NCBI GenBank assembly: GCA_963674595.2
Contig: CAXXFV010000002.1
Span: forward strand, 1 to 59,118
Direction of reading: 5' to 3'
Origin: a bacterium
GTDB taxonomy: Bacteria > Zhuqueibacterota > Zhuqueibacteria > Residuimicrobiales > Krinioviventaceae
Length of the DNA stretch: 59,118 nucleotides
A program made the translations under genes and the position numbers. Position 1 is the stretch's first letter. Each line of letters begins with the position of its first letter. This document shows positions 29,912-39,550 of the stretch, piece by piece. The notes under the pieces are model-generated. The model saw nothing but the letters and a program-made list of their open reading frames with translations. It made no database searches and was not told where the DNA came from.

Positions 29912-29912
29912 C

Positions 29913-29990
29913 TGGTCGGGGCGGAGAGATTCGAACTCTCGACTTCCTGCTCCCAAAGCAGGCGCGCTAACCGGGCTGCGCTACGCCCCG
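29913..29990 (-). tRNA. tRNA-Pro(TGG), CCA encoded
   Basis: CGGGGCGTAGCGCAGCCCGGTTAGCGCGCCTGCTTTGGGAGCAGGAAGTCGAGAGTTCGAATCTCTCCGCCCCGACCA cloverleaf. Confidence 0.97.
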
Positions 29991-29993
29991 AAT

Positions 29994-30590
29994 TTATAAA
30001 CTCATTTTTAAATAATTATACAACTCTTTAAAGGCTTTTCCCCTGTGACTCAGTTTGTTTTTTGTTGTTATGTCCATTTCAGAAAAAGTTTTGTCCATTT
30101 CCGGAACATAAAACACAGGGTCATATCCAAAGCCTGATTCCCCTCTCTTTTCATCGAGAATTTGTCCCTTACAAATTCCTGAAAATGTTTTCACACCGTC
30201 TTGTGTTACAAGTGCCACGACAGTACGAAATTGTGCTGTTCTTTTTTCTAAAGGTATATCTTTTAAATTATGAACAAGCTTTACAATGTTATCTTGTGAT
30301 GTTGCGTTTTCGCCTGCATATCTTGCCGAGAAAACACCCGGCTCTCCATTCAACGCGTCTACTTCTAATCCTGTATCGTCAGATATTGTAGCTATTTTTG
30401 TAGCGTTGAATAGCGTAAGTGCCTTTTTAATTGCATTTCCCTCAAGAGTTTTTTCATCTTCAACAACTTGGGGTAAATCTTTTATATCATTTATTGTAAT
30501 AAAATCAATATCTGTGTCGGTAAAAATTTTTTTTATTTCGTAAATCTTGTCCTGATTTCGAGTAGCTAATAAAAATTTTTTAACCGGCAT
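29994..30590 (-). CDS. rdgB: Non-canonical purine NTP pyrophosphatase (Ham1/RdgB)
   Basis: ATRN.DK, DDTGLEVDAL.G.PGV.SARYAG, GFGYDPVF and SHRG motifs. Confidence 0.95.
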   Translation of the reverse strand: MPVKKFLLATRNQDKIYEIKKIFTDTDIDFITINDIKDLPQVVEDEKTLEGNAIKKALTLFNATKIATISDDTGLEVDALNGEPGVFSARYAGENATSQDNIVKLVHNLKDIPLEKRTAQFRTVVALVTQDGVKTFSGICKGQILDEKRGESGFGYDPVFYVPEMDKTFSEMDITTKNKLSHRGKAFKELYNYLKMSL

Positions 30591-30597
30591 CCGTCTC

Positions 30598-30795
30598 TTA
30601 GCTCATGTATTCATTTTCATTGCATTTGCATATAGAAACCAAAGTTTCTTTAAACCGAAGGCTTTTCTTTTCTGCGTTTTCCTGAGTAGAAACTACTTTC
30701 AAAGTACTAAAAGCTTCTCCGCAAGTTGCGCAATGACTACCTCCAGCACCGTGTGCTTTGGATACTTTTGCTGCAAAACTACGATCTTTTGCCAT
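30598..30795 (-). CDS. Small hypothetical protein with CxxC and CxC
   Basis: GGAG RBS; MAKDRSFAAKV..., CATCGE, C-terminal CKC; co-oriented within the operon. Confidence 0.7.
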   Translation of the reverse strand: MAKDRSFAAKVSKAHGAGGSHCATCGEAFSTLKVVSTQENAEKKSLRFKETLVSICKCNENEYMS

Positions 30796-30860
30796 TTAAA
30801 ATCTCCGTATGTGTAATTTAAAACAGATTTAAATTTAGGAAAAAAAATTGAAATTGTCAA

Positions 30861-32051
30861 TTAAAATTTTTCTGATAACTGCTTTAAATTTTCTATTTCT
30901 TTTTCAAGTTGCATGATTCGATTAAGAATATACTGTTTATCCTGTCTGGTATCCATTTTAGTATAAGATGCCTGAAAAGCCTTTGTAGGAATTTGGGCGC
31001 TGCGGCTTTTTTCGATCATTGAGATGGGTTTATAATCGCTGGTTAAATTGGTGGGAGGTTGTCCAATTGTTAATTTTATATCTTTTGTCCCGGTACTGCG
31101 TAGAATTTTTAAATCAACACTTGTCCCCGGTCTTTGTTGAGTTATAAAAGAAGCAAGTTCTAATGTTTGTGTTACTCTTTTCCCATTAATACTTATTATA
31201 ATATCTCCCATTTTAATTCCTGCTTCCTGAGCGGGACTGCTGGGAGTTACCTGGCGTATATGAATACCGCCCATAATTCCAGGCCAGTTTTCTGCACTTA
31301 CTCCGATCCAGCCATTGGGTGATTGGGAAAATGGTAATAATTGTTTTAGAGTTTTTTGTATTTTGTCGCCGGGATAGGCCAGAATAGTATCATTTATATA
31401 GAGCATACCCGGATTTTTTTCATCAACAAAAGTCTTTAATTGACTGCTTATAATACCAACAAGTTGTGCTGAAGAGTTAAAAACAAAGTCTCCTTCACTG
31501 TTTGTCAGGTATGTAGATAATTGTATCATATCATCATTCCGGATGCAGTTGACATGACCAAATGAAACAGCCGGTATAACTGACAGGGAATTACCAATAA
31601 TGACGACATAATTACCAGCCGCTAGAGAAGCAGACAAACCCCATTTTACAGGTTTTTTAAATTTTTGAGGTGATTTTATCAGGGCCAGGCCAAGCTCAGG
31701 GTCCGCACTTATAAACTCTGCATCTATTTGTTCATTATCAAAAGTCGTTATTTGTATTTCTTTACTTCCCAGCACATTTTCAAGTTTTGTCAGAACATGG
31801 ACAGAGTCTATTATAACCCCGGCCCCGATCTTTGTATAACCGGGATTTTCTGGTTGGGGTGCAGATATATCTTGTGCGGTAAAGTAAGATGTGATTTGAA
31901 CGATACCCGGTCTGGCTTTTGTAATAATATGTGTTATATCTTTTTCAATTTTCTGTAAAAATGTATCTTGAGCAAATACATTTATGGAAAATAAAAGTAA
32001 AACAATCGGTAGATATAATATCTCTCTGGGTGGTTTCTTTTTATTTAACAT
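30861..32051 (-). CDS. HtrA/DegP-like trypsin-fold plus PDZ protein, catalytic triad apparently lost
   Basis: GAGVIID, LALIK, VVIIGNSL, GWIGV and PDZ motif SPAQEAGIKMGDIIISING; no TNxHV or GNSGG. Confidence 0.78.
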   Translation of the reverse strand: MLNKKKPPREILYLPIVLLLFSINVFAQDTFLQKIEKDITHIITKARPGIVQITSYFTAQDISAPQPENPGYTKIGAGVIIDSVHVLTKLENVLGSKEIQITTFDNEQIDAEFISADPELGLALIKSPQKFKKPVKWGLSASLAAGNYVVIIGNSLSVIPAVSFGHVNCIRNDDMIQLSTYLTNSEGDFVFNSSAQLVGIISSQLKTFVDEKNPGMLYINDTILAYPGDKIQKTLKQLLPFSQSPNGWIGVSAENWPGIMGGIHIRQVTPSSPAQEAGIKMGDIIISINGKRVTQTLELASFITQQRPGTSVDLKILRSTGTKDIKLTIGQPPTNLTSDYKPISMIEKSRSAQIPTKAFQASYTKMDTRQDKQYILNRIMQLEKEIENLKQLSEKF

Positions 32052-32072
32052 AATTCACCGGCTTAAATTCGG

Positions 32073-32699
32073 TTAAAAACGAATGACTGCACTTGTTTGC
32101 GTAAAGAGTGGTTCATTGACAGTTGTTTGTCTGCGTAAACTGTCATCATTGAAAATTCTAGCACGCGATAAAGCATTTGAATTATCGCGTGCAATACTTT
32201 TACGGGTATCTACAGCAGGCCGTTTTTCAATTTTTGCACGATATCGATTGTCAACAAAGGATTTTTGTACGGTATTCGTTTGCGGTTGAACCTTTTGTAA
32301 AGGAATGCTGTTAACCGTGTTGGATTGGGTTGATAAAAGCGCCGGTTGGTTATGAATATATTGCTGGTCAATAAGTATACCTAATGATATAAAAATAACA
32401 GCGGCTGTTGCATACATTGACATCCGAAGGGGTGTACGCATATCATTAAATATATTTACAAATGACCCCTTATTCATTTCTGCTCTTATTCGTGACCTTA
32501 ATTCAACATCAAATGTTGAAGATGTTTTATATTTGGGCAACTGTCCCAGGTTTGAGGTCAACATTTTCATGTTTGAAACCCGTGCTCTACAAGAAGAGCA
32601 TTTTTCAAGATGGGAATTAAATTTGTCTTCCTCTGGTCTGGTGAGTTCACCTTCAATATAAGCAGAAATTTTTTTCTGAAAATTGTAACAAATTGCCAT
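32073..32699 (-). CDS. Zinc-binding (zf-HC2/ZAS) transmembrane anti-sigma factor
   Basis: C....ISAYIEGEL...HLEKCSSC, single TM helix, immediately after the ECF sigma gene. Confidence 0.85.
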   Translation of the reverse strand: MAICYNFQKKISAYIEGELTRPEEDKFNSHLEKCSSCRARVSNMKMLTSNLGQLPKYKTSSTFDVELRSRIRAEMNKGSFVNIFNDMRTPLRMSMYATAAVIFISLGILIDQQYIHNQPALLSTQSNTVNSIPLQKVQPQTNTVQKSFVDNRYRAKIEKRPAVDTRKSIARDNSNALSRARIFNDDSLRRQTTVNEPLFTQTSAVIRF

Positions 32700-32712
32700 T
32701 CATCCCTCTCTT

Positions 32713-33324
32713 TTAATTTTTGTCTTCATAGCCTTTTATTTTATATAATTTTGCCTGTAATTTTAAACGAGCCCGGTTAACCCTTGATTTTACTGTTCCT
32801 AACGGAATGTTTAAAATTTCACTAATTTCTTCGTATGCCAATTCTTGAACGTCTCGCAATATTATAACCTGTTTAAATCTTTTAGGCAGTTCTTCAATTG
32901 CTTTTTGGATTATGTCTTCTTTTAATACAGAGTCAACGTCTCGTTCGGTGTTTGATTTTTTGTCTTCAATTTCAAATTCTTTGTCGTCGTATCCCAGTTC
33001 AGATATGGATACCAGTTTTCTGCGTTTTCGTTTTCGCAGCTCTGTTTTTGATAAATTTCCGGCTATTGTGTAAAGCCAAGTTGAAAATTTTGCAATCCTT
33101 TTGTATGCATGTTTGTTTTTATAAAGTCTTAAAAATGTTTCCTGAACAACATCTTCAGCTTCTTCAATATTTCCAACAAATCGATAAGCAAAGTTCAACA
33201 GAGGATTTTTATATCTTTTAACAATAATATCAAATGCATAAAGATCACCATCCTGAAATCTTTGGATGAGTTCTTCATCACTTATCTGTGGTCTGTTATC
33301 GGATTTACTGGAATTCGTTTTCAT
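32713..33324 (-). CDS. ECF RNA polymerase sigma-70 factor (RpoE/SigW-like)
   Basis: AEDVVQETF, FSTWLYTIA.N and YEEISEIL.IP.GTVKSR..RAR motifs. Confidence 0.94.
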   Translation of the reverse strand: MKTNSSKSDNRPQISDEELIQRFQDGDLYAFDIIVKRYKNPLLNFAYRFVGNIEEAEDVVQETFLRLYKNKHAYKRIAKFSTWLYTIAGNLSKTELRKRKRRKLVSISELGYDDKEFEIEDKKSNTERDVDSVLKEDIIQKAIEELPKRFKQVIILRDVQELAYEEISEILNIPLGTVKSRVNRARLKLQAKLYKIKGYEDKN

Positions 33325-33401
33325 CGTTTAATTGTTCAACCTGTTGAGATAATAAAAGTTCCAAATTTGTTTGCAAATTGGTTGCCTTTTTTAAAAAAAA
33401 A

Positions 33402-34397
33402 TTACATCATTGATAATTGAAAAAGTAATGTTTCAAGTATCAATTTGGGCTTTTGGTAACTACTTTTAAGCTGATAATCAGCCTGCAGTAAAAATGAAAA
33501 TGTTTTGCCCAATTGGGTACGGTTGTATTTGCCGGACTGTGTTATGTAATTTGGCACGAAAAAAGGATGGACCTTGAGTGTTTTTGCAATTGCATCATTA
33601 CTGTGATTTGTAGCTTTCATGTCTTTTATTTTTGATAATAAAACAAAGTGACGGTTTATCATTGCAATGATACCGGTTGGTTGTTCGCCAAGTTGAAGCA
33701 TTCGTGAAAGAATCCGTAAACTTTTTTCAATGTTCTTTAATCCGATTGAATCGCATAATTCAAAAATATTATATTCACGTGACGTCCCGACAATGGCTTC
33801 AATATGTTTTACTTCAATTTGTGTTGTTTCGCCGAGTATCAGTTTTATTTTTTCAATTTCCGAGGCGATGTTTCTCAGGTTGTTGCCGGTGGAGGCATGC
33901 AGGAGACGGATGGCTTCTTCGCTAATTGTTAACTTGTATTTTGTGAGATATGTGCGGACCCATGCCGGAATTTGATTGTCGTATAAAGGTTTGGTTTCAA
34001 TAGTTGTGCAGTTCTTTTTTATAGCGCTAAAACCGGACTTTGTGAGGGAGGTTTTTGATGTTAGAGCCAGACAGGTGGAAGGAGAGGGCCTTTGTATATA
34101 TTTTGCCAGTAATGGAATATCTTTAGCAGCCAGTTGATCAATATGTTTTACAACAACAACCCGTCTTTCCGCCATCATCGGGAATGACATGGCTGCATTG
34201 ACTATTTGCGAACCTTCAATTTCATTTGCATAAAACATATCCAGATTAAAATCCTGGTCTCCGGGATTTAATGCGTTTTTTAAAAGAGAATTCGTCAATT
34301 CTTCAATAATGAAATCTTCTGTGCCGTAAAAAATATAAACCGGATCAAACTTTTTTTTAGAAAATTCTTTATGTAATTCAGATGCGTTTTTTTTCAA
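33402..34397 (-). CDS. holA: DNA polymerase III delta subunit (probable TTG start at 34397)
   Basis: PVYIFYGTEDF, DFNLD.FY, SFPMMAERRVVVV, EIEK, YNIFEL.D and AD.QLK motifs. Confidence 0.92.
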   Translation of the reverse strand: MKKNASELHKEFSKKKFDPVYIFYGTEDFIIEELTNSLLKNALNPGDQDFNLDMFYANEIEGSQIVNAAMSFPMMAERRVVVVKHIDQLAAKDIPLLAKYIQRPSPSTCLALTSKTSLTKSGFSAIKKNCTTIETKPLYDNQIPAWVRTYLTKYKLTISEEAIRLLHASTGNNLRNIASEIEKIKLILGETTQIEVKHIEAIVGTSREYNIFELCDSIGLKNIEKSLRILSRMLQLGEQPTGIIAMINRHFVLLSKIKDMKATNHSNDAIAKTLKVHPFFVPNYITQSGKYNRTQLGKTFSFLLQADYQLKSSYQKPKLILETLLFQLSMM

Positions 34398-34523
34398 CTT
34401 TGTCCTCGTTTGTAATCTGTTTCTTTTGTTCGGTTTTTGCTGCAAATATAAGAAAAAAAACAAACCCGCCCCAACAGGTCAGCAGTAATACACTCATTAA
34501 TATGATAGCTTGAACATTCATAA

Positions 34524-35993
34524 CTAAAATTTTTTTATATCAAGTTTTCTGGTAATCGTTTTTTTAAATAATAAAACAATAAGGATAATCAAACTCCACT
34601 GAAGCAAACAAGTACCCACACTATATGTGTGAAATGGGTGCCACCAGAAATCCTTTTCAAAATATTTAATGGATTGAAAAAACCACCAGCTTAATAACAC
34701 TAAAAATTCAACCGGAATGATATATTTGTATAAAGATTCCATCCAGGAGCCTATGATAATATCATTGGATTTTATATTTATCAGGTTTTTACGGAATTTT
34801 CCGGCATTATATTTTAAAACAGCAAATGTAATAAAAAAGCCGCTGACAATCAAGCCTATTCCCCAAACCCAATCCTGGTTTTCAAAAAATGTCATGTTAA
34901 AAGCGGACGGCAGCCCTAATAACAGGCCCAATATCCATATAATAAGGATTGATTTTTTTCGGGATAATCCTAAATCAACCAGGGTACGCACGCCCAATTC
35001 AATCATGGCAATCAGCGATGTTAACGCGGCAATGCTTAATGACAGAAAAAAGAGTGTTGTAAATAATTGTTGTGCCGGTAGTTTTGAAAAAAGCATGGGC
35101 AGCCATATAAAGGCCATACCTGTATTTGCCGGTCCTGTTGCCTGAATGATTTCATAAGGATCGGACTGGATTAACGGCGCCAGTGCAAAGACGGCCGGGA
35201 ATATGGCAAATCCAACTAATAGTGATGCAGCATTATTACCTAATCCTGCTAAAAAAGAATTGACGGTTATGTCCTCATTTTTACGGGTATAAACAGCATA
35301 GGTCAGCATCAGGCCCCAGCCTGCGCCGGTCGACCAGGCAGATTGCGAAAGCGCTTCCAGCCAAACTTTAAAATTTTTCAACGCAGACCAATCCGGTGTA
35401 AAGAAAAAGTTTAATCCTGCCGCCGCATTTGGCAGCGTTAATGCACGGACTGCTGATATCAAAAGTAAAATGAACAACAGGGGAATTAGGAATTTTGTTG
35501 TTTTTTCAATTCCTTTTTTAATGCCTCCAAGGACAACAAATGCGCCGATAGAAATTGCAATTATATGAAAGAATGCCGGCTGCCATGTTGTAATAAAGCT
35601 GTTCCAGAATATTTGCGGGTGTTGGTTGTTGAGTTGGCCGGTAATAGAACTGGAAAAAAATTTTAAACACCATCCCATAACAACACTGTAATAGAACATG
35701 ATGGCCAGAGTACAAAATCCGACAAAGCCGCCCATCCATGTATATTTAGGGCCGATTAATGCGGTAAATGAACCCAGCGTGCCTTTGCGTGTTTTTTTCC
35801 CAATGGCGAGTTCGGCCATTAACAAAGGGATGGACCATAGAAATAAAAAGATAAGCCAGGCAATAAGAAAGGCACCGCCGCCGTTTTTAGCAACAATTCT
35901 GGGAAAACGCCAGATATTACCGGTGCCGACTACCATACCGATTGCGGCAAGAATTAACGACCATCGTGATGTAAATGTTTCTCGGTAGGCCAT
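34524..35993 (-). CDS. Sodium-dependent transporter, NSS/SNF family
   Basis: VGTGNIWRFPR...NGGGAF, FYYSVV.GW and QSAWSTGAGWG motifs. Confidence 0.93.
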   Translation of the reverse strand: MAYRETFTSRWSLILAAIGMVVGTGNIWRFPRIVAKNGGGAFLIAWLIFLFLWSIPLLMAELAIGKKTRKGTLGSFTALIGPKYTWMGGFVGFCTLAIMFYYSVVMGWCLKFFSSSITGQLNNQHPQIFWNSFITTWQPAFFHIIAISIGAFVVLGGIKKGIEKTTKFLIPLLFILLLISAVRALTLPNAAAGLNFFFTPDWSALKNFKVWLEALSQSAWSTGAGWGLMLTYAVYTRKNEDITVNSFLAGLGNNAASLLVGFAIFPAVFALAPLIQSDPYEIIQATGPANTGMAFIWLPMLFSKLPAQQLFTTLFFLSLSIAALTSLIAMIELGVRTLVDLGLSRKKSILIIWILGLLLGLPSAFNMTFFENQDWVWGIGLIVSGFFITFAVLKYNAGKFRKNLINIKSNDIIIGSWMESLYKYIIPVEFLVLLSWWFFQSIKYFEKDFWWHPFHTYSVGTCLLQWSLIILIVLLFKKTITRKLDIKKF

Positions 35994-36005
35994 TAAATTG
36001 TCCTG

Positions 36006-36812
36006 TTATAAAAATAAAAGTCCCAGTATACCTAATATAAAGCAATAGGGAGCAAACAGGTAAAGTTTGCCTTTTTTAACAATATTTAATAACGTTTCGA
36101 TTGCTATATAACCGGAAATGTAGGCAGCTATGGTACCAACAATAAGCTGGATTAAAAAATCTGAACTAATGCCTGTTTGAAACAGTTCGGATACCTTTAA
36201 CAATGTTGCACCAAATATAGCGGGTACGGCTAAAAGAAAAGAAAAACGGGCTGCTTCGTTGCCGCTGACTCGAAAAAAGATTCCTGCACTGATAGTTGAA
36301 CCGGACCGTGATATGCCCGGAAAAATCGCAAAGGCCTGGGCAACTCCCATAATAAGTGTATTTTTTATGGTTAATGATCCGGTTTGTTTTGGTTTCCAAT
36401 ATGTAAATAGTAAAATTAAACCGGTTACCAGGAGCATGAGGCAAACCAGGTGCGGATCGTTAAATGCTTGTTCAATTTTATCTTCAAAAGCCAATCCTAT
36501 AATGACTGCCGGAATTGTACCTATAATGATATAAACTAAAAGACGAAAATTGATATTTTCTTTATAGGTTTCGCTAATATCTTTATTTTTAAAAATTAGA
36601 AAAAACGCTTTAATAAGCTCTAAAATATCATTTCTAAAAACAGTTAAAACAGCCAAAAGAGTTCCAAAGTGAACAAATATTTCAAACGCAATTCCTTGTT
36701 CGGGAATATTTAACAATTCTTTCCCAAGCACAAGGTGTCCTGAACTGCTGATGGGTAGAAATTCGGTTAATCCCTGAATGATACCGAGTATTATCGCTTT
36801 TGTAATATCCAA
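36006..36812 (-). CDS. uppP: Undecaprenyl-diphosphate phosphatase
   Basis: QGLTEFLPISSSGHL, PGISRSGST and ARFSFLL motifs. Confidence 0.96.
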   Translation of the reverse strand: MDITKAIILGIIQGLTEFLPISSSGHLVLGKELLNIPEQGIAFEIFVHFGTLLAVLTVFRNDILELIKAFFLIFKNKDISETYKENINFRLLVYIIIGTIPAVIIGLAFEDKIEQAFNDPHLVCLMLLVTGLILLFTYWKPKQTGSLTIKNTLIMGVAQAFAIFPGISRSGSTISAGIFFRVSGNEAARFSFLLAVPAIFGATLLKVSELFQTGISSDFLIQLIVGTIAAYISGYIAIETLLNIVKKGKLYLFAPYCFILGILGLLFL

Positions 36813-36904
36813 AGGTGCTCCGTTTCAATTGTAAGATTTGAATTAGATAGTTGTATAAGGTTTAAATTGTGTGTTAATATAGGTTAAAAGAGGATAGGAA
36901 TCAA

Positions 36905-36936
36905 GAAAAAAGGCCCTAAAAAAATTTAGGGCCTTT
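36905..36936 (-). terminator. Intrinsic terminator after the OMP gene
   Basis: aaaggccctaaa...tttagggccttt with A-run on the left. Confidence 0.7.
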
Positions 36937-36950
36937 ATAAAATCAACTAA

Positions 36951-37535
36951 CTATTTTGTCAGCTTATAATTAATACCTGCCCAGATTGAAAAATAGTCAA
37001 AATCTCCGGCAATGGTATATTTAATTTCAGCAAATCCGTCCATTTTAGGACTTAGCGGCATTGAAGCGCCACCAAGAAGATGGATAGCAAGGTCTGTTTC
37101 AGAATCAGAATATTCATAGTCACTAGCTGAATAGTAGCCGCTGTACTCACTGCTAAGATCAGGACCGTCATATTCACTTTTTACTTTATTAATGTTTATA
37201 CCCAAACCACCGCCTGCATAAGGTACAAATTGGCCGCTGGTTTTAAATTCGTATTTTGCTATGGCAGCAAAACCCAAAACAGAATAGCTATATTTATAAT
37301 GGACGATCTCTTCTCCTTTGCCCCAGTAATCAATATAGGCAAAAAGTTTGATATCCGGGGTAATTGTACCGAGGTCTGCATTAACACCAAAACCAATTGT
37401 GTTTTCAATTGGATCTTCCGGCATAATAAAACCGAATCGCCCGCCGACACCGTTAAAACCAATTTGTGACTGAGCAAAAACTGAAGTAATTAGCAATAAC
37501 AGCACAACACCAGATAGTAATACGACTTTTTTCAT
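36951..37535 (-). CDS. Small outer-membrane beta-barrel protein (OmpA/OmpW-like 8-strand fold)
   Basis: Signal peptide VFA|Q, PYAGGGLG, alternating beta-strand pattern, terminal AGINY. Confidence 0.8.
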   Translation of the reverse strand: MKKVVLLSGVVLLLLITSVFAQSQIGFNGVGGRFGFIMPEDPIENTIGFGVNADLGTITPDIKLFAYIDYWGKGEEIVHYKYSYSVLGFAAIAKYEFKTSGQFVPYAGGGLGININKVKSEYDGPDLSSEYSGYYSASDYEYSDSETDLAIHLLGGASMPLSPKMDGFAEIKYTIAGDFDYFSIWAGINYKLTK

Positions 37536-37690
37536 TTTACTCTCCTTTGAAAAATTAATATGGGTTATTATTTTGAATTATTACAATTATTTTCGAAAAA
37601 AAATTTCATTTTATATTAATTTTTTTTTCGGCTAAAGATATAATAAAATAGAAAACTCTGTTGTGTCAAACATCACAAATTTGAATAGTA

Positions 37691-39533
37691 TTAAAGTTGA
37701 TCAATATTACCATCTTTAAATTGTAAAATCTTTATGGAACTGTTTGTGTTTTCGGATTTGTTAAAAAATATGGAACTACCGAGTCCATGATAGGGACTGG
37801 TTTTTACAAATGTGGTAATGGGTTGGCCTGTGGCATAGTGTTCATCGATTGCCTTGAGTAGGAAATTCATTAAATTATAACCATTTACAGCATATTTTCC
37901 CGGCGTTTGGGATGTTGTCATTCGAAATTTATTAATAAATTTTCGGTAATTCGGGTCCATTTCTGCAAGATAATAATTGGCTGAAAATATTATACCATCA
38001 ATATAAGTGCGGTGCCTTTCCAGAATTTTTTCATTCAACCAGTATTTCCCGCCCAAAGGTTGCGAATTGACATTGGCAAGAGCAAATTGAGGAACAATAT
38101 AATCAATGTCCTCTTCATAAATGGGGAGAAAAAATCCATCGATAGATGTCACCGGAATGTCATAACTTTCAATAAGACCCTTTTTGTCCTCGGAAGAAAT
38201 TTTTACATCACGGTTCCATGCTTTAAAAAAAGAATCAACTCTGGCTGGTGTGGCTGAAAGCTTTTTGCTTTGAATTGAATCCCGGATTGCATACCGAAAT
38301 CCGGCTTCTCTAATCGCATCGAATTGTTTTTTATAACTTTCTGTTCCAGGATAATACCATTGTTGAGAGATAATTCTACCGCCGAGTTCGTCAATTTTGT
38401 TGGAAAAAGCATCGGTAATATCATGGCCATAATCATCGGCGGGCGCCAGCATGGCAAAAGTTTTCAGATTCAATTCATTAAAAGCATATTCGGCTAAAGA
38501 AGCGCCATCGGTCTCAAGATTTGTGTTGATCTGGAAAACATTTTTACCCAGTGTATGTAGATTGTTATTTGTTGCTAATGGAATAAATATGGGTGTGTTT
38601 TTATCGGCAGCCAGAGCGGCAATTGCTGCTGAATTACTACCTTCCAATTCTCCGACAAGAATATCAATTTCTTTATCCAAAAGATCATTAGCTGCATGAA
38701 TCGCATCAGATGTTGTGCCTTTGGAATCGCGAATAATGAGATTGGGCTTGTTTGTTGATCGACTTTCAGATAATGCAAACGCCATTCCTTTTAAAAAATC
38801 ATTGGCTTCTGCAGAAAAGAAACCGGATAGCGGCAAAATAACACCGATATTTTTCTTTGTATATAAATTTTCTGCCGGTGTGTTTAACAGCGTTTTTGCA
38901 AGTTTGGAATATTTGTTTTGTTGAGGTGAGGCTAAAATATTTTTCAATATATTATCGGCCTGGTTTTTTTTGCCTTCTGCTTTTAGCTGCCGGGCATGCC
39001 AAATCGATAACAGTGTTGATGTTTTATCCCAGGTCCCTGTATCCTTTATGGCCTTAATCTCATCGGATGTTAAATGTTCTGTGGCTAAAAATGCGGCATA
39101 ATTCTCACTTTTTTCAGCCAGAACACTATTCGATGCGGCTTCATAGGTTAGTAAAAAATATTCAAAAGCATCTGTATATTTTTTTTCTTTTAGAGATGAA
39201 CTTGCTAAAACATAAACGGCATCTGCTTTGTATCGGCTTTTGGGGAATTTTACAATAAAATTTTCGGCAACCCGTTTGGCGTTTTCATAATCCTGTAAAT
39301 TTTCATATACTTTAGCCAAAAGCAGCATGGCGGATGTTTGAAATTTTGATTCCGGATTGTTTTGGAGAAGAGCTATCAAACCTGTTTTTGCTTCGTCATA
39401 TTGGGCGTTTTTTATACAAATCAAGGGCCGTATCAAATTCTGCTTTTGGATTGGCATAAACAGGTTTCAGGTTTAAAAAAAATGCTAAAAATATTAAAAG
39501 TAATATCTCTAGTTTGTTTTTTTGAATAAGCAC
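37691..39533 (-). CDS. TPR plus periplasmic-binding-fold protein (LpoA/LppC-like); frameshift near 39410
   Basis: TPR-like N-terminus (FPKSRY..DA); IGVILPLSG, RDSKG and FS..IDELGG motifs; probable GTG start 39533 with GGAGG. Confidence 0.72.
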
Positions 39534-39550
39534 TTTTGCCTCCGATATAT

